Source: Patescibacteria group bacterium (GTDB lineage Bacteria; Patescibacteriota; Minisyncoccia; Phycocordibacterales; JBHPGB01). From it: a DNA stretch of 64,000 nt. The notes under the pieces are model-generated. The model searched no databases. It was given only the letters and a program-made list of their open reading frames with translations, and was not told where the DNA came from. Below are positions 30,781 through 40,091 of the stretch, in pieces (within the stretch, counting starts at the first letter, position 1; every line of letters begins with the position of its first letter). The position numbers and the translations under genes are program-made. The DNA is taken from assembly GCA_042571085.1 (NCBI GenBank), contig JBHPGB010000003.1, positions 6,261-70,260 of the forward strand, given 5' to 3'.

Positions 30781-31425
30781 TTAGATTTTCTCAGCGTTTT
30801 TTACGTCAAAGTCCCCTACTTTTGTGCGACGCAGCTCTTTGATTGTAGCCGGTACGCCGAGCCGACGGCCGATTTCTTCAGCAATAGAACGGATGTATGT
30901 TCCAGATGAAACATCTAATCTTATTTGCAAAACCACCTTATTGTCCACTTGTTTGGTGTCCAGTAGGTCAATACTTTTTATTTCCATTTTTTTAATTGGT
31001 GCTTCCACATCTTCTCCACGGCGAGCTTTTTTATACAGTGCCTCCCCTCCTCTTTTGATTGCTGAATAAATTGGTACAGGTAATTCGAGCACACCAACCA
31101 AACCATTTAGAGTTTCACCAAGCTTGGTAGAGATTGAATTTATATCAACCGACTCCTCTTCAAGAATTTCACCTTCCATATCTCCCATATTAGTTTTTAT
31201 GCCAAGCAACACCTCTGCCTCGTATTCTTTATCTAATCCAATTAAATCTTTTAGTTGTTTTGTCCCTTTTTCTATACCAATGATTAAAAGCCCGCTTGCG
31301 AGCGGATCTAAAGTGCCTGCGTGGCCCATCTTGCGTACGTTAAGTTTTTTACGAAGCCTGCGGATTACATCAAAAGAAGTAATACCTTTAGGCTTGTCTA
31401 TTAGAATTAAGTTTTCTGAATCCAT
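30781..31425 (-). CDS. truB: tRNA pseudouridine-55 synthase (short form, no PUA domain)
   Basis: IDKPKG.TS, GHAGTLDPLASG, SGTYIRS, LRRTKVG. Confidence 0.95.
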   Translation of the reverse strand: MDSENLILIDKPKGITSFDVIRRLRKKLNVRKMGHAGTLDPLASGLLIIGIEKGTKQLKDLIGLDKEYEAEVLLGIKTNMGDMEGEILEEESVDINSISTKLGETLNGLVGVLELPVPIYSAIKRGGEALYKKARRGEDVEAPIKKMEIKSIDLLDTKQVDNKVVLQIRLDVSSGTYIRSIAEEIGRRLGVPATIKELRRTKVGDFDVKNAEKI

Positions 31426-31429
31426 ATTT

Positions 31430-32608
31430 CTAGTGTGCCATGTCGTGTTGTTCATTTATCAGTGTAACAAATAATGTTGCCACTGCAGCAAATATGAAAA
31501 TAAATTTTATGCTAAAGAAAAATGAAATTATAAATGCAATACCAATCATTAATATCCTCCCAATATTTAGTGACATTTCTCGTAATACAGTATATTCGTC
31601 CACATAATGTCCATTATCTGCAGCTTGGTCATATTGTGTTGTATCAACAGATGTGCGATGTATTACTCTACCTACATTGTGGTATGTGTCTGCGATAAAA
31701 ACCTGGAATGCTGTTTCTATGAAAAGTTTAACAATCCATCCTGTGGTGTTAAATATTGATCCAATAACTACCATACGTTTTTGATTCCAGGTATCAAGTA
31801 AATTTCCAATGAAAGTTCGTATTATTATAATTGCAAAAATTGTTAATGAGGATACGATACCTACTGTGAGATATTTTTCATCAAATAGCATGAATATAAA
31901 AATAGGCCATATTATTGCTGATACAATACTTTGAAACCCATCAGCAGTGAATGCTATAAACATACCCCTGTTTTCTTTGTGAAAAAGTTTTTTGAAAGTT
32001 TCCAAGTACCCCCAACTATAATGTTCTCGTGTACTTTCTATAAAAAAAGCTGGAATTATACTGAATAAAAACAAAAAGGCTGAAACAAGGAAAGCTCCAC
32101 TGAAAGTGAAATATGCAATCAGTGCGCCACCGACAAATGGCATTATTGTACCTATTATTTGAGCAATATTACGAAGAAGAGAGATTTGTCGACCACGAAT
32201 GTCTTCGTCGGTAAATTTTGCAAAGTCTACATGATATGGAAGCCAGTATAATAATTTATATATAATAATTGCTAATGTGAATATGACAAGAATAAGATAA
32301 GGGTTATAATCCCAAAAATATAGAGAAAAAATTGATATTAGAGCGAAAGGTACCGCAATTATCATCATTTTTTTTAGGCTAAAGCTGTTTAATATTCTTG
32401 ATGCAATTGGATATAAAAAAAGGACCAAACCAAAATTTATTGCATAGATGATGAGAACTGCTGTGAAAGAATTATCAAATTTTGTAAAAAAGAATATTGG
32501 TAGGAACAATCCAATTACTCCAAACGCAGCCTGTAGTAAAACGCGCCCAGTGTATAGCCAGGCAAGATTTTTTGATATTTTTAAATTTTTGTAATCAAAC
32601 AATTTCAT
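31430..32608 (-). CDS. MFS transporter
   Basis: About 12 TM helices, 392 aa. Confidence 0.8.
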   Translation of the reverse strand: MKLFDYKNLKISKNLAWLYTGRVLLQAAFGVIGLFLPIFFFTKFDNSFTAVLIIYAINFGLVLFLYPIASRILNSFSLKKMMIIAVPFALISIFSLYFWDYNPYLILVIFTLAIIIYKLLYWLPYHVDFAKFTDEDIRGRQISLLRNIAQIIGTIMPFVGGALIAYFTFSGAFLVSAFLFLFSIIPAFFIESTREHYSWGYLETFKKLFHKENRGMFIAFTADGFQSIVSAIIWPIFIFMLFDEKYLTVGIVSSLTIFAIIIIRTFIGNLLDTWNQKRMVVIGSIFNTTGWIVKLFIETAFQVFIADTYHNVGRVIHRTSVDTTQYDQAADNGHYVDEYTVLREMSLNIGRILMIGIAFIISFFFSIKFIFIFAAVATLFVTLINEQHDMAH

Positions 32609-32783
32609 CCCGTTAGAGATAGGAAATGTAATTTCCGTATCTTATTAATGGTAAATTGATTATGTATAAATATTTTATCAGTTTCCCGCTTGCCACAAAA
32701 GACAGTTTGGACCTGCCCGCCACTGCCTAATTCGTCCCAAATGTCAGTCAGGCGATGGCAGGCGGGTATCTAACGGGATTCAT
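32606..32783 (-). mobile_element. Start-codon-inserted element, copy 3 (MFS gene), with nested 55-bp hairpin
   Basis: Same termini; 175 nt between ATGs. Confidence 0.85.
32712..32766 (-). repeat. Nested 55-bp REP-like hairpin, copy 2
   Basis: Identical to 29593-29647. Confidence 0.85.
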
Positions 32784-32785
32784 TT

Positions 32786-33058
32786 TTATGCGCAAATAGT
32801 ATTTTTATATCCTGGAAAATAATTTTGTATTTCTTTTAAATTAAACTCACTTAAGATTTGCTCCGCCGCTTCCCTCTCAAGCAGAAACTCAAATGATTTT
32901 TCTATTAATTCTTCCGGTGTTATTTTACCATTTGATAGTTTAGCATAATAATCTTTATCTAGTACGACGGTATGCTTTGTTTTGTCGGAAATCTTTACTT
33001 CAAAAGTGAAATGTTCTTCATTCTCATCAATTTTTTGTATTTGCAGATTGTGAGTCAT
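32786..33058 (-). CDS. Hypothetical protein (90 aa)
   Basis: Operonic ORF with SFEFLLERE...ILSEF.L..I..YFP.Y motif. Confidence 0.75.
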   Translation of the reverse strand: MTHNLQIQKIDENEEHFTFEVKISDKTKHTVVLDKDYYAKLSNGKITPEELIEKSFEFLLEREAAEQILSEFNLKEIQNYFPGYKNTICA

Positions 33059-33063
33059 GGCTT

Positions 33064-34059
33064 TTAAATGATACTAAATATCTTTAGTATGAAAAATACA
33101 TACAATACCAAAAACATCATTCCTTCCCAGTGATATATTCGACGTGATATTCCAACTATAATAAACAGGAATGTTGCAAGGGCCATAATCGGTACACCAA
33201 TTGAAAGCGTACTATGGTCTACTGAGAGTGATCCAAATAATCCAGGGAGCCCAACCACAAAGAGGGCGTTGAAGGAGTTTGAACCTAAGATATTACCAAC
33301 CGCCACTTCAGATTTGCCTTGTAAGACAGCACGGCCGGATACAGCCAGCTCTGGTAATGATGTACCAATAGCAATTGCTGAAATTGAAATTAGTCCTGGA
33401 GCGATGTCTAAAAGTGTTGAAAGTTCTATTACAGATTCAATAAGATATTTTGCGCCCAATAATACCGCACAGAGACCGGCCACAAAAAGTATCTGGTCTT
33501 TAAAATGAGCAACTCTGCGTAATACATATATAAGGCCCCAGTATTCCCTCTCTGCAAATTTCTGTAGCTCTTTACTTTTTTCTGCAACAACAGTACTGGC
33601 CTTCTTTTCACCACCCGCAAGAGAATATACAAAATAGATTAGATATGTGATAAACAAGAGAATAGATTCAATTTGTAGCACTTGCCCGTCGTATACAATT
33701 CCCAAAAATAGTACTGTTGAAATTGCAAACAGCGGTAACTCCAAATCAATAAGACTGCGAGTAACTTCCAAGCGCCTTCCCATGATTGCGATAATACCCA
33801 AGATGAGTAGTATGTTTGCAATGTTGGAACCGGTAGCGTTTGCGACAACGACTTCCGGTACTCCTTGAATTATCGCGGCGAATGCGGATACTAATTCTGG
33901 TAGTGATGTACCAATACCAACAATAAGCGCACCAATCACGAATGGCGAGAAACCGAGTCGAATTCCCAGGCGCTCGGCGCCGTGCAAAAACCAGTGAGAA
34001 CCTTTCACTAAAGCAGCGAGAGATACCACGAAAATGAGTATCCATGTAAATATTTCCAT
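33064..34059 (-). CDS. Ca2+/Na+ antiporter (YrbG family)
   Basis: Two GTSLPEL alpha repeats; GSN motifs. Confidence 0.93.
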   Translation of the reverse strand: MEIFTWILIFVVSLAALVKGSHWFLHGAERLGIRLGFSPFVIGALIVGIGTSLPELVSAFAAIIQGVPEVVVANATGSNIANILLILGIIAIMGRRLEVTRSLIDLELPLFAISTVLFLGIVYDGQVLQIESILLFITYLIYFVYSLAGGEKKASTVVAEKSKELQKFAEREYWGLIYVLRRVAHFKDQILFVAGLCAVLLGAKYLIESVIELSTLLDIAPGLISISAIAIGTSLPELAVSGRAVLQGKSEVAVGNILGSNSFNALFVVGLPGLFGSLSVDHSTLSIGVPIMALATFLFIIVGISRRIYHWEGMMFLVLYVFFILKIFSII

Positions 34060-34163
34060 ACCTGTATTGTAGCAATTTATTATGAGATTTTGTAGGTTTT
34101 GTGCAAAAATTGGTTAATTAAATAATCTACAAGATTAACTCATTATGGTAATATAATGATGTC

Positions 34164-34739
34164 ATGAGAAAAATTATTCTAGATATTGAAACACAAAACT
34201 CTTTTCAGGAGGTGGGCTCAAGCAGCGCTGTTGATTTGGATATTTCCCTGCTCGTTATTTATGATTATGAAGATGGAAAATATAAAACATTTATGGAAAA
34301 AGATTTTCCTGAGCTTTGGAAAATTCTTGAGCAGACCGACCTGATTATTGGTTACAACTCAGATCACTTTGATATTCCACTCTTAAATAAATATTACTCG
34401 GGAGACCTTTCTCAAATTAAGAGCCTGGATTTGCTCGTACCAATCCGTGAATCGCTTGGGCGGCGTGTGAGGCTTGATTCAGTGGCTGCTGGGACCCTCG
34501 GGAAAAACAAAAGTGGTAATGGGCTTGAGGCGATTGAGTGGTGGAAGAATGGCGAAATAGATAAAATTAAAAAATATTGTGAGCAAGATGTGCGTGTGAC
34601 AAAAGAGGTGTATGAATATGCAACGGAGCATAAAAAATTAAAATATAAAGAGATAGGACAAATTATTGAGTTTGATATAGATACTAATGGATGGGATGAA
34701 GGTAGTGGTGGTGGGATGAATTATACATTGCCATTTTAA
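34164..34739 (+). CDS. RNase H-like (YprB/DEDD) exonuclease
   Basis: LDIET, GYNSDHFD, YCEQDV. Confidence 0.85.
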   Translation: MRKIILDIETQNSFQEVGSSSAVDLDISLLVIYDYEDGKYKTFMEKDFPELWKILEQTDLIIGYNSDHFDIPLLNKYYSGDLSQIKSLDLLVPIRESLGRRVRLDSVAAGTLGKNKSGNGLEAIEWWKNGEIDKIKKYCEQDVRVTKEVYEYATEHKKLKYKEIGQIIEFDIDTNGWDEGSGGGMNYTLPF

Positions 34740-34750
34740 ATATATAGACG

Positions 34751-34815
34751 TGAAAAATGCCAGAGCAAGCTCCGACATTCTTCAGTGTAGTCACCTCCCG
34801 GAGGAGATAACTACC
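34751..34815 (-). ncRNA. Two-hairpin small RNA family, copy 1
   Basis: TTGACC-16-TATAAT (34848-34821); 12-bp stem with C(UCCG)G loop; terminator stem with G(CUUG)C loop and U5. Confidence 0.75.
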
Positions 34816-34917
34816 CTTTTATTATATTCAATATTGAAATCTGGTCAATACTTTTTGTAGATAATTGTGGATAACTCCCAGTGCCTATTCTTTGTAATCT
34901 GACTATTCCACCAGACG

Positions 34918-34984
34918 TGAAAAATGCCAGAGCAAGCTCCGACATTCTTCAGTGTAATTATTTTCCCGGAGGAAAACAATTACT
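34918..34984 (-). ncRNA. Two-hairpin small RNA family, copy 2
   Basis: TTGCGC-16-TATATT; 13-bp stem with UCCG loop; identical 3' hairpin. Confidence 0.75.
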
Positions 34985-35046
34985 CTCCTAATATATCAAT
35001 TTCTGAGATTCGCGCAAGTCCTATTTTCAATAGAGTATAAATATTG

Positions 35047-36717
35047 TTATTTGTCAAATTCAGGTAAAAATAGCCTTGCGATGCGTAACTCTTCAAATGA
35101 GTATTTTTCTTTGAGTGCTTTGTATACTGGTGAGAGTTTTGTGTCTCCAGATTTTAGAAAAGCCTTGTGCATTTCCATGAGCGCTTTTTGTTTTGGTTTA
35201 AATGTACTTAAATCAAGCTTTGGATCTTTCTCTTTTAGTTTTTCAAGATGCCCAAGGATGGTGTTTTCAACCACCCCTCTCTTCTTTGCTAGTTGTTTTA
35301 AATTTAATCCCTTTTCTATCAGAAGTCTTGTCTTTTCATATGTAGAGATTTTCTCTTCAACCTTGTCTACTTTTTTATTCTTATTTTTCTCGATTTCTTT
35401 TTTATTTATAGTACCCCCACATTTAAGCACAAAATCGTTGTGCATTTTTTCCATATCTCCATCAGAAAAACGACCTATTACCTTACTCCACTTTTCAGAT
35501 TCTTTTAGAAGGTGTTCATTGATTTGAGCCACTCTTGGGTGCACTGCGAAAGCCATTTCGTTTATACCAGAAAGAAGAAGACCTCCGAGCGTGCGTAGAC
35601 GCGAGAGAGCCACGTATCCTTGTCCTGGCACGAAAGATTTAGACAAATCAATTTCTGCTGCATCCATACTCAAGCCCTGGCTTTTGTGTATCGTAATTGC
35701 CCACGCAAGCCGCAGTGGCAATTGCTCCACCATGCCTAGCACTTTCCCATCCTCCTCAACAGACCATTCCGAAGGTGAAACATGAATTAGTTCACCGGAA
35801 AAAGTTTTGACTACTGGCATGCCATCTTCAAAACCTTTTACAACACCAAGCGTGCCGTTAACGTATCCTTCCTCAAAATTGTTTTTTATAAACATCACCA
35901 CCGCGTCCTTCTTTAGTTTGAGTGTTTCGGATGTCAAAATACTCTTTTTGAGTGAGCTTATGATAGTGGCCCGCCCTTTTGAAGACATCTCAAATTTATA
36001 CTCTGTGCCTGGTAGCTTATCCAATTCTTTTTGATTTAGCTCGTCTACATCGGCATTGTGAGTATACAGGCGCGTCGGTGTGATGTTTCCTTTTATGCTC
36101 GTCTGCTCAGAAAGAATATTACGCGTTTTGTCGCTCACAGAGCCGCCTCGTATTTCATTCAGGATACTTTCTAAAGTACTGTCACCTTGGCGAAATTGTT
36201 CCTCTAAATAACAGACACGAACATCCATTTCTCTCCACGCCTCTGATGCGATAGCGAATTCTGGCTCAGTGTATCCGCGTACAATTGGCGGCAATTGAAA
36301 GAAGTCACCCGAAAGCACCACCTGCATCCCTCCAAACGGCTCAGGGTTACGTTTCATCGCTTTACACACCCTGTTTACATTATCTAGCAGCTGCGGTGAA
36401 AGCATGGAAACCTCGTCTATTAAAAGTATCTGTGTTTTTTCAAACCTGGTCCACAGGTGCTTCTTTCCCTCCATTGAATCCAAATCCATTTCAGATATGT
36501 GTTCTTTAATACCAATGCCACTCCATGAGTGAATGGTGGTGCCTCCTATATGAGTCGCCGCGATACCCGTTGAGGCTGTCACACCGATACTGACTCCCCT
36601 ATCTTTTAAATATGAAATATACTCATTTAAAACATGAGTTTTACCACTACCGGCGGCCCCTGTCAGATATACGTTTCTACCAGCCTTTAAAATTTTTAAC
36701 GCTTCGGCTTGTTTCAT
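35047..36717 (-). CDS. Pif1-family SF1B helicase with C-terminal HTH
   Basis: GAAGSGKT, TIHSW, DEVSM, GDFFQLPP, WAITIHKSQG, YVALSR. Confidence 0.92.
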   Translation of the reverse strand: MKQAEALKILKAGRNVYLTGAAGSGKTHVLNEYISYLKDRGVSIGVTASTGIAATHIGGTTIHSWSGIGIKEHISEMDLDSMEGKKHLWTRFEKTQILLIDEVSMLSPQLLDNVNRVCKAMKRNPEPFGGMQVVLSGDFFQLPPIVRGYTEPEFAIASEAWREMDVRVCYLEEQFRQGDSTLESILNEIRGGSVSDKTRNILSEQTSIKGNITPTRLYTHNADVDELNQKELDKLPGTEYKFEMSSKGRATIISSLKKSILTSETLKLKKDAVVMFIKNNFEEGYVNGTLGVVKGFEDGMPVVKTFSGELIHVSPSEWSVEEDGKVLGMVEQLPLRLAWAITIHKSQGLSMDAAEIDLSKSFVPGQGYVALSRLRTLGGLLLSGINEMAFAVHPRVAQINEHLLKESEKWSKVIGRFSDGDMEKMHNDFVLKCGGTINKKEIEKNKNKKVDKVEEKISTYEKTRLLIEKGLNLKQLAKKRGVVENTILGHLEKLKEKDPKLDLSTFKPKQKALMEMHKAFLKSGDTKLSPVYKALKEKYSFEELRIARLFLPEFDK

Positions 36718-36725
36718 AGATGAAA

Positions 36726-37295
36726 TTATTCCATTAGGAAATCCAAGATATTATCTGCCCACTTCTTGTTTTTTGCTGAGTATAGGAAATATTTATCCCC
36801 GAATTCTTCCTTCAGTTTTTTTGTAATTACACTTTTTTCTTTCTGATTCAGTTTGTCCGATTTATTTGCAATTACTACATAGTTTATACCGACATCCTCT
36901 AGGATATCTATCATCTCATAATCAAATTCTGTACATCCAATTCTTGAATCAACAATCAGCGCTACTGTACGAATCGGAGCATTAGATTCTGTTAGATACC
37001 AAATAATTAATTTTCTCAGTTTTTCTCTGGCACTTTGTGATATTTTGGCAAAACCATAACCAGGCAGATCAACGAAATATATAGAATCATTCACAAGGAA
37101 GAAATTTATCTCTCGTGTTTTACCAGGAATAGAACTTGTTTTTACTAAATCTTTTTTTCCAAGCAAAGAATTGATAACGCTTGATTTGCCGACATTAGAA
37201 CGGCCAACAAATGCAATGTTTGCTTTGTTGTCATTTAGGATTTCATCAGTTCCCCGTATTCCTTTTATAAATTGTACGGATTTGATAGTTTTCAT
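36726..37295 (-). CDS. engB: Ribosome biogenesis GTPase YsxC/EngB
   Basis: GRSNVGKSS, PGKT, DLPGYG, NKSD. Confidence 0.95.
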   Translation of the reverse strand: MKTIKSVQFIKGIRGTDEILNDNKANIAFVGRSNVGKSSVINSLLGKKDLVKTSSIPGKTREINFFLVNDSIYFVDLPGYGFAKISQSAREKLRKLIIWYLTESNAPIRTVALIVDSRIGCTEFDYEMIDILEDVGINYVVIANKSDKLNQKEKSVITKKLKEEFGDKYFLYSAKNKKWADNILDFLME

Positions 37296-37330
37296 ATGAC
37301 TCTTATTCTAACATACCTTACCTATAGACG

Positions 37331-37395
37331 TGAAAAATGCCAGAGCAAGCTCCGACATTCTTCAGTGCAGCTACCTCCCGGAGGAGATAACTACC
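37331..37395 (-). ncRNA. Two-hairpin small RNA family, copy 3
   Basis: TTGACC-16-TATAAT; stem changes versus copy 1 are A/G swaps that keep pairing through G-U. Confidence 0.75.
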
Positions 37396-37498
37396 TTTCT
37401 ATTATATTTAATATTGAAATCTGGTCAATACTTTTCTGTGCATAACTGTGGATAACTACCAATGCCTATTCTTTGTACCCTGACTATTTCACCAGACG

Positions 37499-37565
37499 TG
37501 AAAAATGCCAGAGCAAGCTCCGACATTCTTCAGTGTAATTATTTTCCCGGAGGAAAACAATTACT
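37499..37565 (-). ncRNA. Two-hairpin small RNA family, copy 4
   Basis: TTGCGT-16-TATATT; RNA body identical to copy 2. Confidence 0.75.
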
Positions 37566-37664
37566 CTCCTAATATATCAATTTCTGAGATTCACGCAAGT
37601 CCTATTTTCAATAGAATATAAATATAAAAATATGTCAAATTTAGACAAAATGGCAAGTTTTAAT

Positions 37665-39092
37665 TTATACCTCAAGAACGAATACCATATTTGTACTACC
37701 TGGTTCTCCGAATGGAATTCCTGCAGATATAATAATCTTGTCCCCTTTTTTAACGGAACGGTTTCCCAAAGCGATTTTCTTTATATCATCAATAACATCA
37801 AGTACATGTGTAAAATCACCAATTAATTCAGAATAACATCCAAACAAAAGCGCTAATTGGTTTCTTACGTGTGGTTTGGGTGTAAGAGCTATGATTGGTT
37901 GTTTTGGCTTAAATCTCGATATCATTTTTGCAGTAGATCCAGATTCAGTAAGTGCAACAATTGCTTTTGCATCAACGTCTCGTGCGGTCAAAACAACAGC
38001 TCGAGTAACAGCATCAACAGTAGTATAAGGTTTTTCAGTAATACAGTTGATTTCTCTCAAGTTTGATACACTGTCTACTTTTTGTGCTATAGAGGTCATC
38101 ATCCGAATTGCTTCAACAGGATACTTACCAAGAGTTGTTTCTTCTGATAGCATCACAGCGTCTGTGCCATCTAAGATAGCATTAGCAACATCACTTACCT
38201 CAGCTCTTGTTGGTGTCGGTATATCAATCATTGATTCAAGCATTTGTGTTGCAACAATAACAGGCTTACCTATCAAATGACACTTTTTAATGATTCTTTT
38301 TTGAAGCATTGGTACATTTTGCGCTGGAACCTCAATCGCCAAATCCCCTCTTGCTACCATTATCCCATCAGCATGCTCAATGATAGAATCTAGATTATCT
38401 ATCGCTTCCATAGTTTCAATTTTTGCGATGATGTTTACATGCTCACTCTTGTGTTTTTTCAGTAATGATCGTAGTGTTTTGATATCTTTTAGATTACGAA
38501 CAAAAGAAAGGGCTACGAAGTCGACACCTTTACTTAATCCAAATGCGAGATCTTTTTTGTCCTTTGCTGTGACGGCGCTGATTTTTAAGTTTGCACCTGG
38601 TATATTAACTCCTCGACGACCTTTTGTTTCGCCACCAACGACCACCTTACACACGATTTCTTCCTTTGTTGTTTTTTCTATTTTTAGTTTCTTTTTACCA
38701 TCATCAAGAAGAATGAACACTCCTTTCTGTACTTGTGATGGAAGTTCTTTGTAATTGATATGTGCATTGTTTTCATCACCAATGATTTTGCGTGTAGTGA
38801 GTGTAAAAGTAGAACCTTTTTTAAGCACCACTTTTTCTTTGTAGAAATCACCTATGCGAATTTTAGGACCGGCAAGATCTTGCAGTACTGCAATCGGTTT
38901 GTTTAATTCCTTAGATATTTTTCTTGCAGTATTAATGCGCCCATTGTGTTCATTATGATTTCCATGAGAGAAATTAAGACGCACAACGTTCATACCTGCT
39001 TCAGCCATTTTTTTCATCGTATTTTCATTTTCGGAGACTGGTCCAATTGTTGCCACTATTTTTACATTCTTTGATAAAAACTTATTTTTCAT
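37665..39092 (-). CDS. pyk: Pyruvate kinase
   Basis: KIVATIGP, RLNFSHG, IAKIE, MVARGDL, ATQMLESM, PTRAE. Confidence 0.98.
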   Translation of the reverse strand: MKNKFLSKNVKIVATIGPVSENENTMKKMAEAGMNVVRLNFSHGNHNEHNGRINTARKISKELNKPIAVLQDLAGPKIRIGDFYKEKVVLKKGSTFTLTTRKIIGDENNAHINYKELPSQVQKGVFILLDDGKKKLKIEKTTKEEIVCKVVVGGETKGRRGVNIPGANLKISAVTAKDKKDLAFGLSKGVDFVALSFVRNLKDIKTLRSLLKKHKSEHVNIIAKIETMEAIDNLDSIIEHADGIMVARGDLAIEVPAQNVPMLQKRIIKKCHLIGKPVIVATQMLESMIDIPTPTRAEVSDVANAILDGTDAVMLSEETTLGKYPVEAIRMMTSIAQKVDSVSNLREINCITEKPYTTVDAVTRAVVLTARDVDAKAIVALTESGSTAKMISRFKPKQPIIALTPKPHVRNQLALLFGCYSELIGDFTHVLDVIDDIKKIALGNRSVKKGDKIIISAGIPFGEPGSTNMVFVLEV

Positions 39093-39202
39093 AAACTATT
39101 ATTTGTTTGATTAATATAAAAAAATAAAAAGGCGCCATTGGCGTCATTTTTACTCCCCACTTGTTATTTGACTAACCTGGTGTTCATGTGCAAATCCGGG
39201 CG

Positions 39203-39283
39203 TGAAAAATGCCAGAGCAAGCTCCGACATTCTTCAGTGTAATCATTTAATTATTTCCCGGAGGAAACAGTTAAACAATTACT
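39203..39283 (-). ncRNA. Two-hairpin small RNA family, copy 5 (long-stem variant)
   Basis: TTGCGC-16-TATATT; 20-bp stem with one mismatch and UCCG loop; identical 3' hairpin. Confidence 0.75.
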
Positions 39284-39437
39284 CCCCTAATATATCAATT
39301 TCTGAGATTTGCGCAAGCCCTATTTTCAATTGAGTATAAATATCAAAATATGTCAAATTGAGGTAAGTTTAGTATAAAAAAATCGCACCAGTGACCCTTA
39401 CGGGTTTGGTGCGAGTATTCTGCTGAGTGTTTATACC

Positions 39438-40091
39438 TCAGCTTGTGACTTCTTGCATAATCATGTTTACAGCTTTTCTGATTACATCTTGAAGCTGATC
39501 AGATGTGATGTATGGTTCGTAATTATGCGGATAGACATCATTGATCGCTATTTGGCCACTAAACCCATCCAGGGTTATTGAGCTGATAACCCTATCACTA
39601 CTAGTATCCTTTATGTCAACACGAAAACAATCTGTGTCATCTTCTAACTTACTAATATACCCTTCCGCGCAGAACCCTTTATGAGACAATTCCTTCATAA
39701 ATTTTGGATTAAGTACTCGGGAAAGTATTTTAGTTGCAGCTTCGTCTCTGTGTTCATCTCTACGTGAAATCAAGCCCGTGGCACCATGCTCAGGCGCCCT
39801 AACCTTTTCCACACCTAGGAGTATTTCCTTGATGTGTTCAGGGTTCGCTGTGCTAAGGCCTCTCACATGATAAGTACGTCTCTGCGCGTCACCCAGATCA
39901 TTTGTATCTATGGCCATTTCCATGGCATCCTTTTCTTCACAGGGGATACAAATATCCGACACGTAATCCATCAAGGTTTTCAAACGCCGGAGGCTCAGTA
40001 CCCCGTTTTCACTCTTTAGCACAAGTGTCACACTTTGTAGTGGATGCAAACGGCCTATGCGAGATACAGTCCTATCAGTTATATTTTTCAT
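39438..40091 (-). CDS. Orphan protein (~217 aa)
   Basis: TTGACG-17-TATTAT promoter, GGGAG SD, terminator 39383-39414. Confidence 0.65.
   Translation of the reverse strand: MKNITDRTVSRIGRLHPLQSVTLVLKSENGVLSLRRLKTLMDYVSDICIPCEEKDAMEMAIDTNDLGDAQRRTYHVRGLSTANPEHIKEILLGVEKVRAPEHGATGLISRRDEHRDEAATKILSRVLNPKFMKELSHKGFCAEGYISKLEDDTDCFRVDIKDTSSDRVISSITLDGFSGQIAINDVYPHNYEPYITSDQLQDVIRKAVNMIMQEVTS

Larger units (their letters stand above)
34743..35044. repeat. ~300-bp direct repeat A (carries two sRNA genes)
   Basis: Near-identical to 37323-37625. Confidence 0.9.
37323..37625. repeat. ~300-bp direct repeat B (carries two sRNA genes)
   Basis: Near-identical to 34743-35044. Confidence 0.9.

Noticed and set aside
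34749-39240. 39-nt exact repeat as a CRISPR array
   Set aside because: Intervening sequences are ~130 bp to >2 kb, are themselves duplicated and contain promoters; no cas1/cas2
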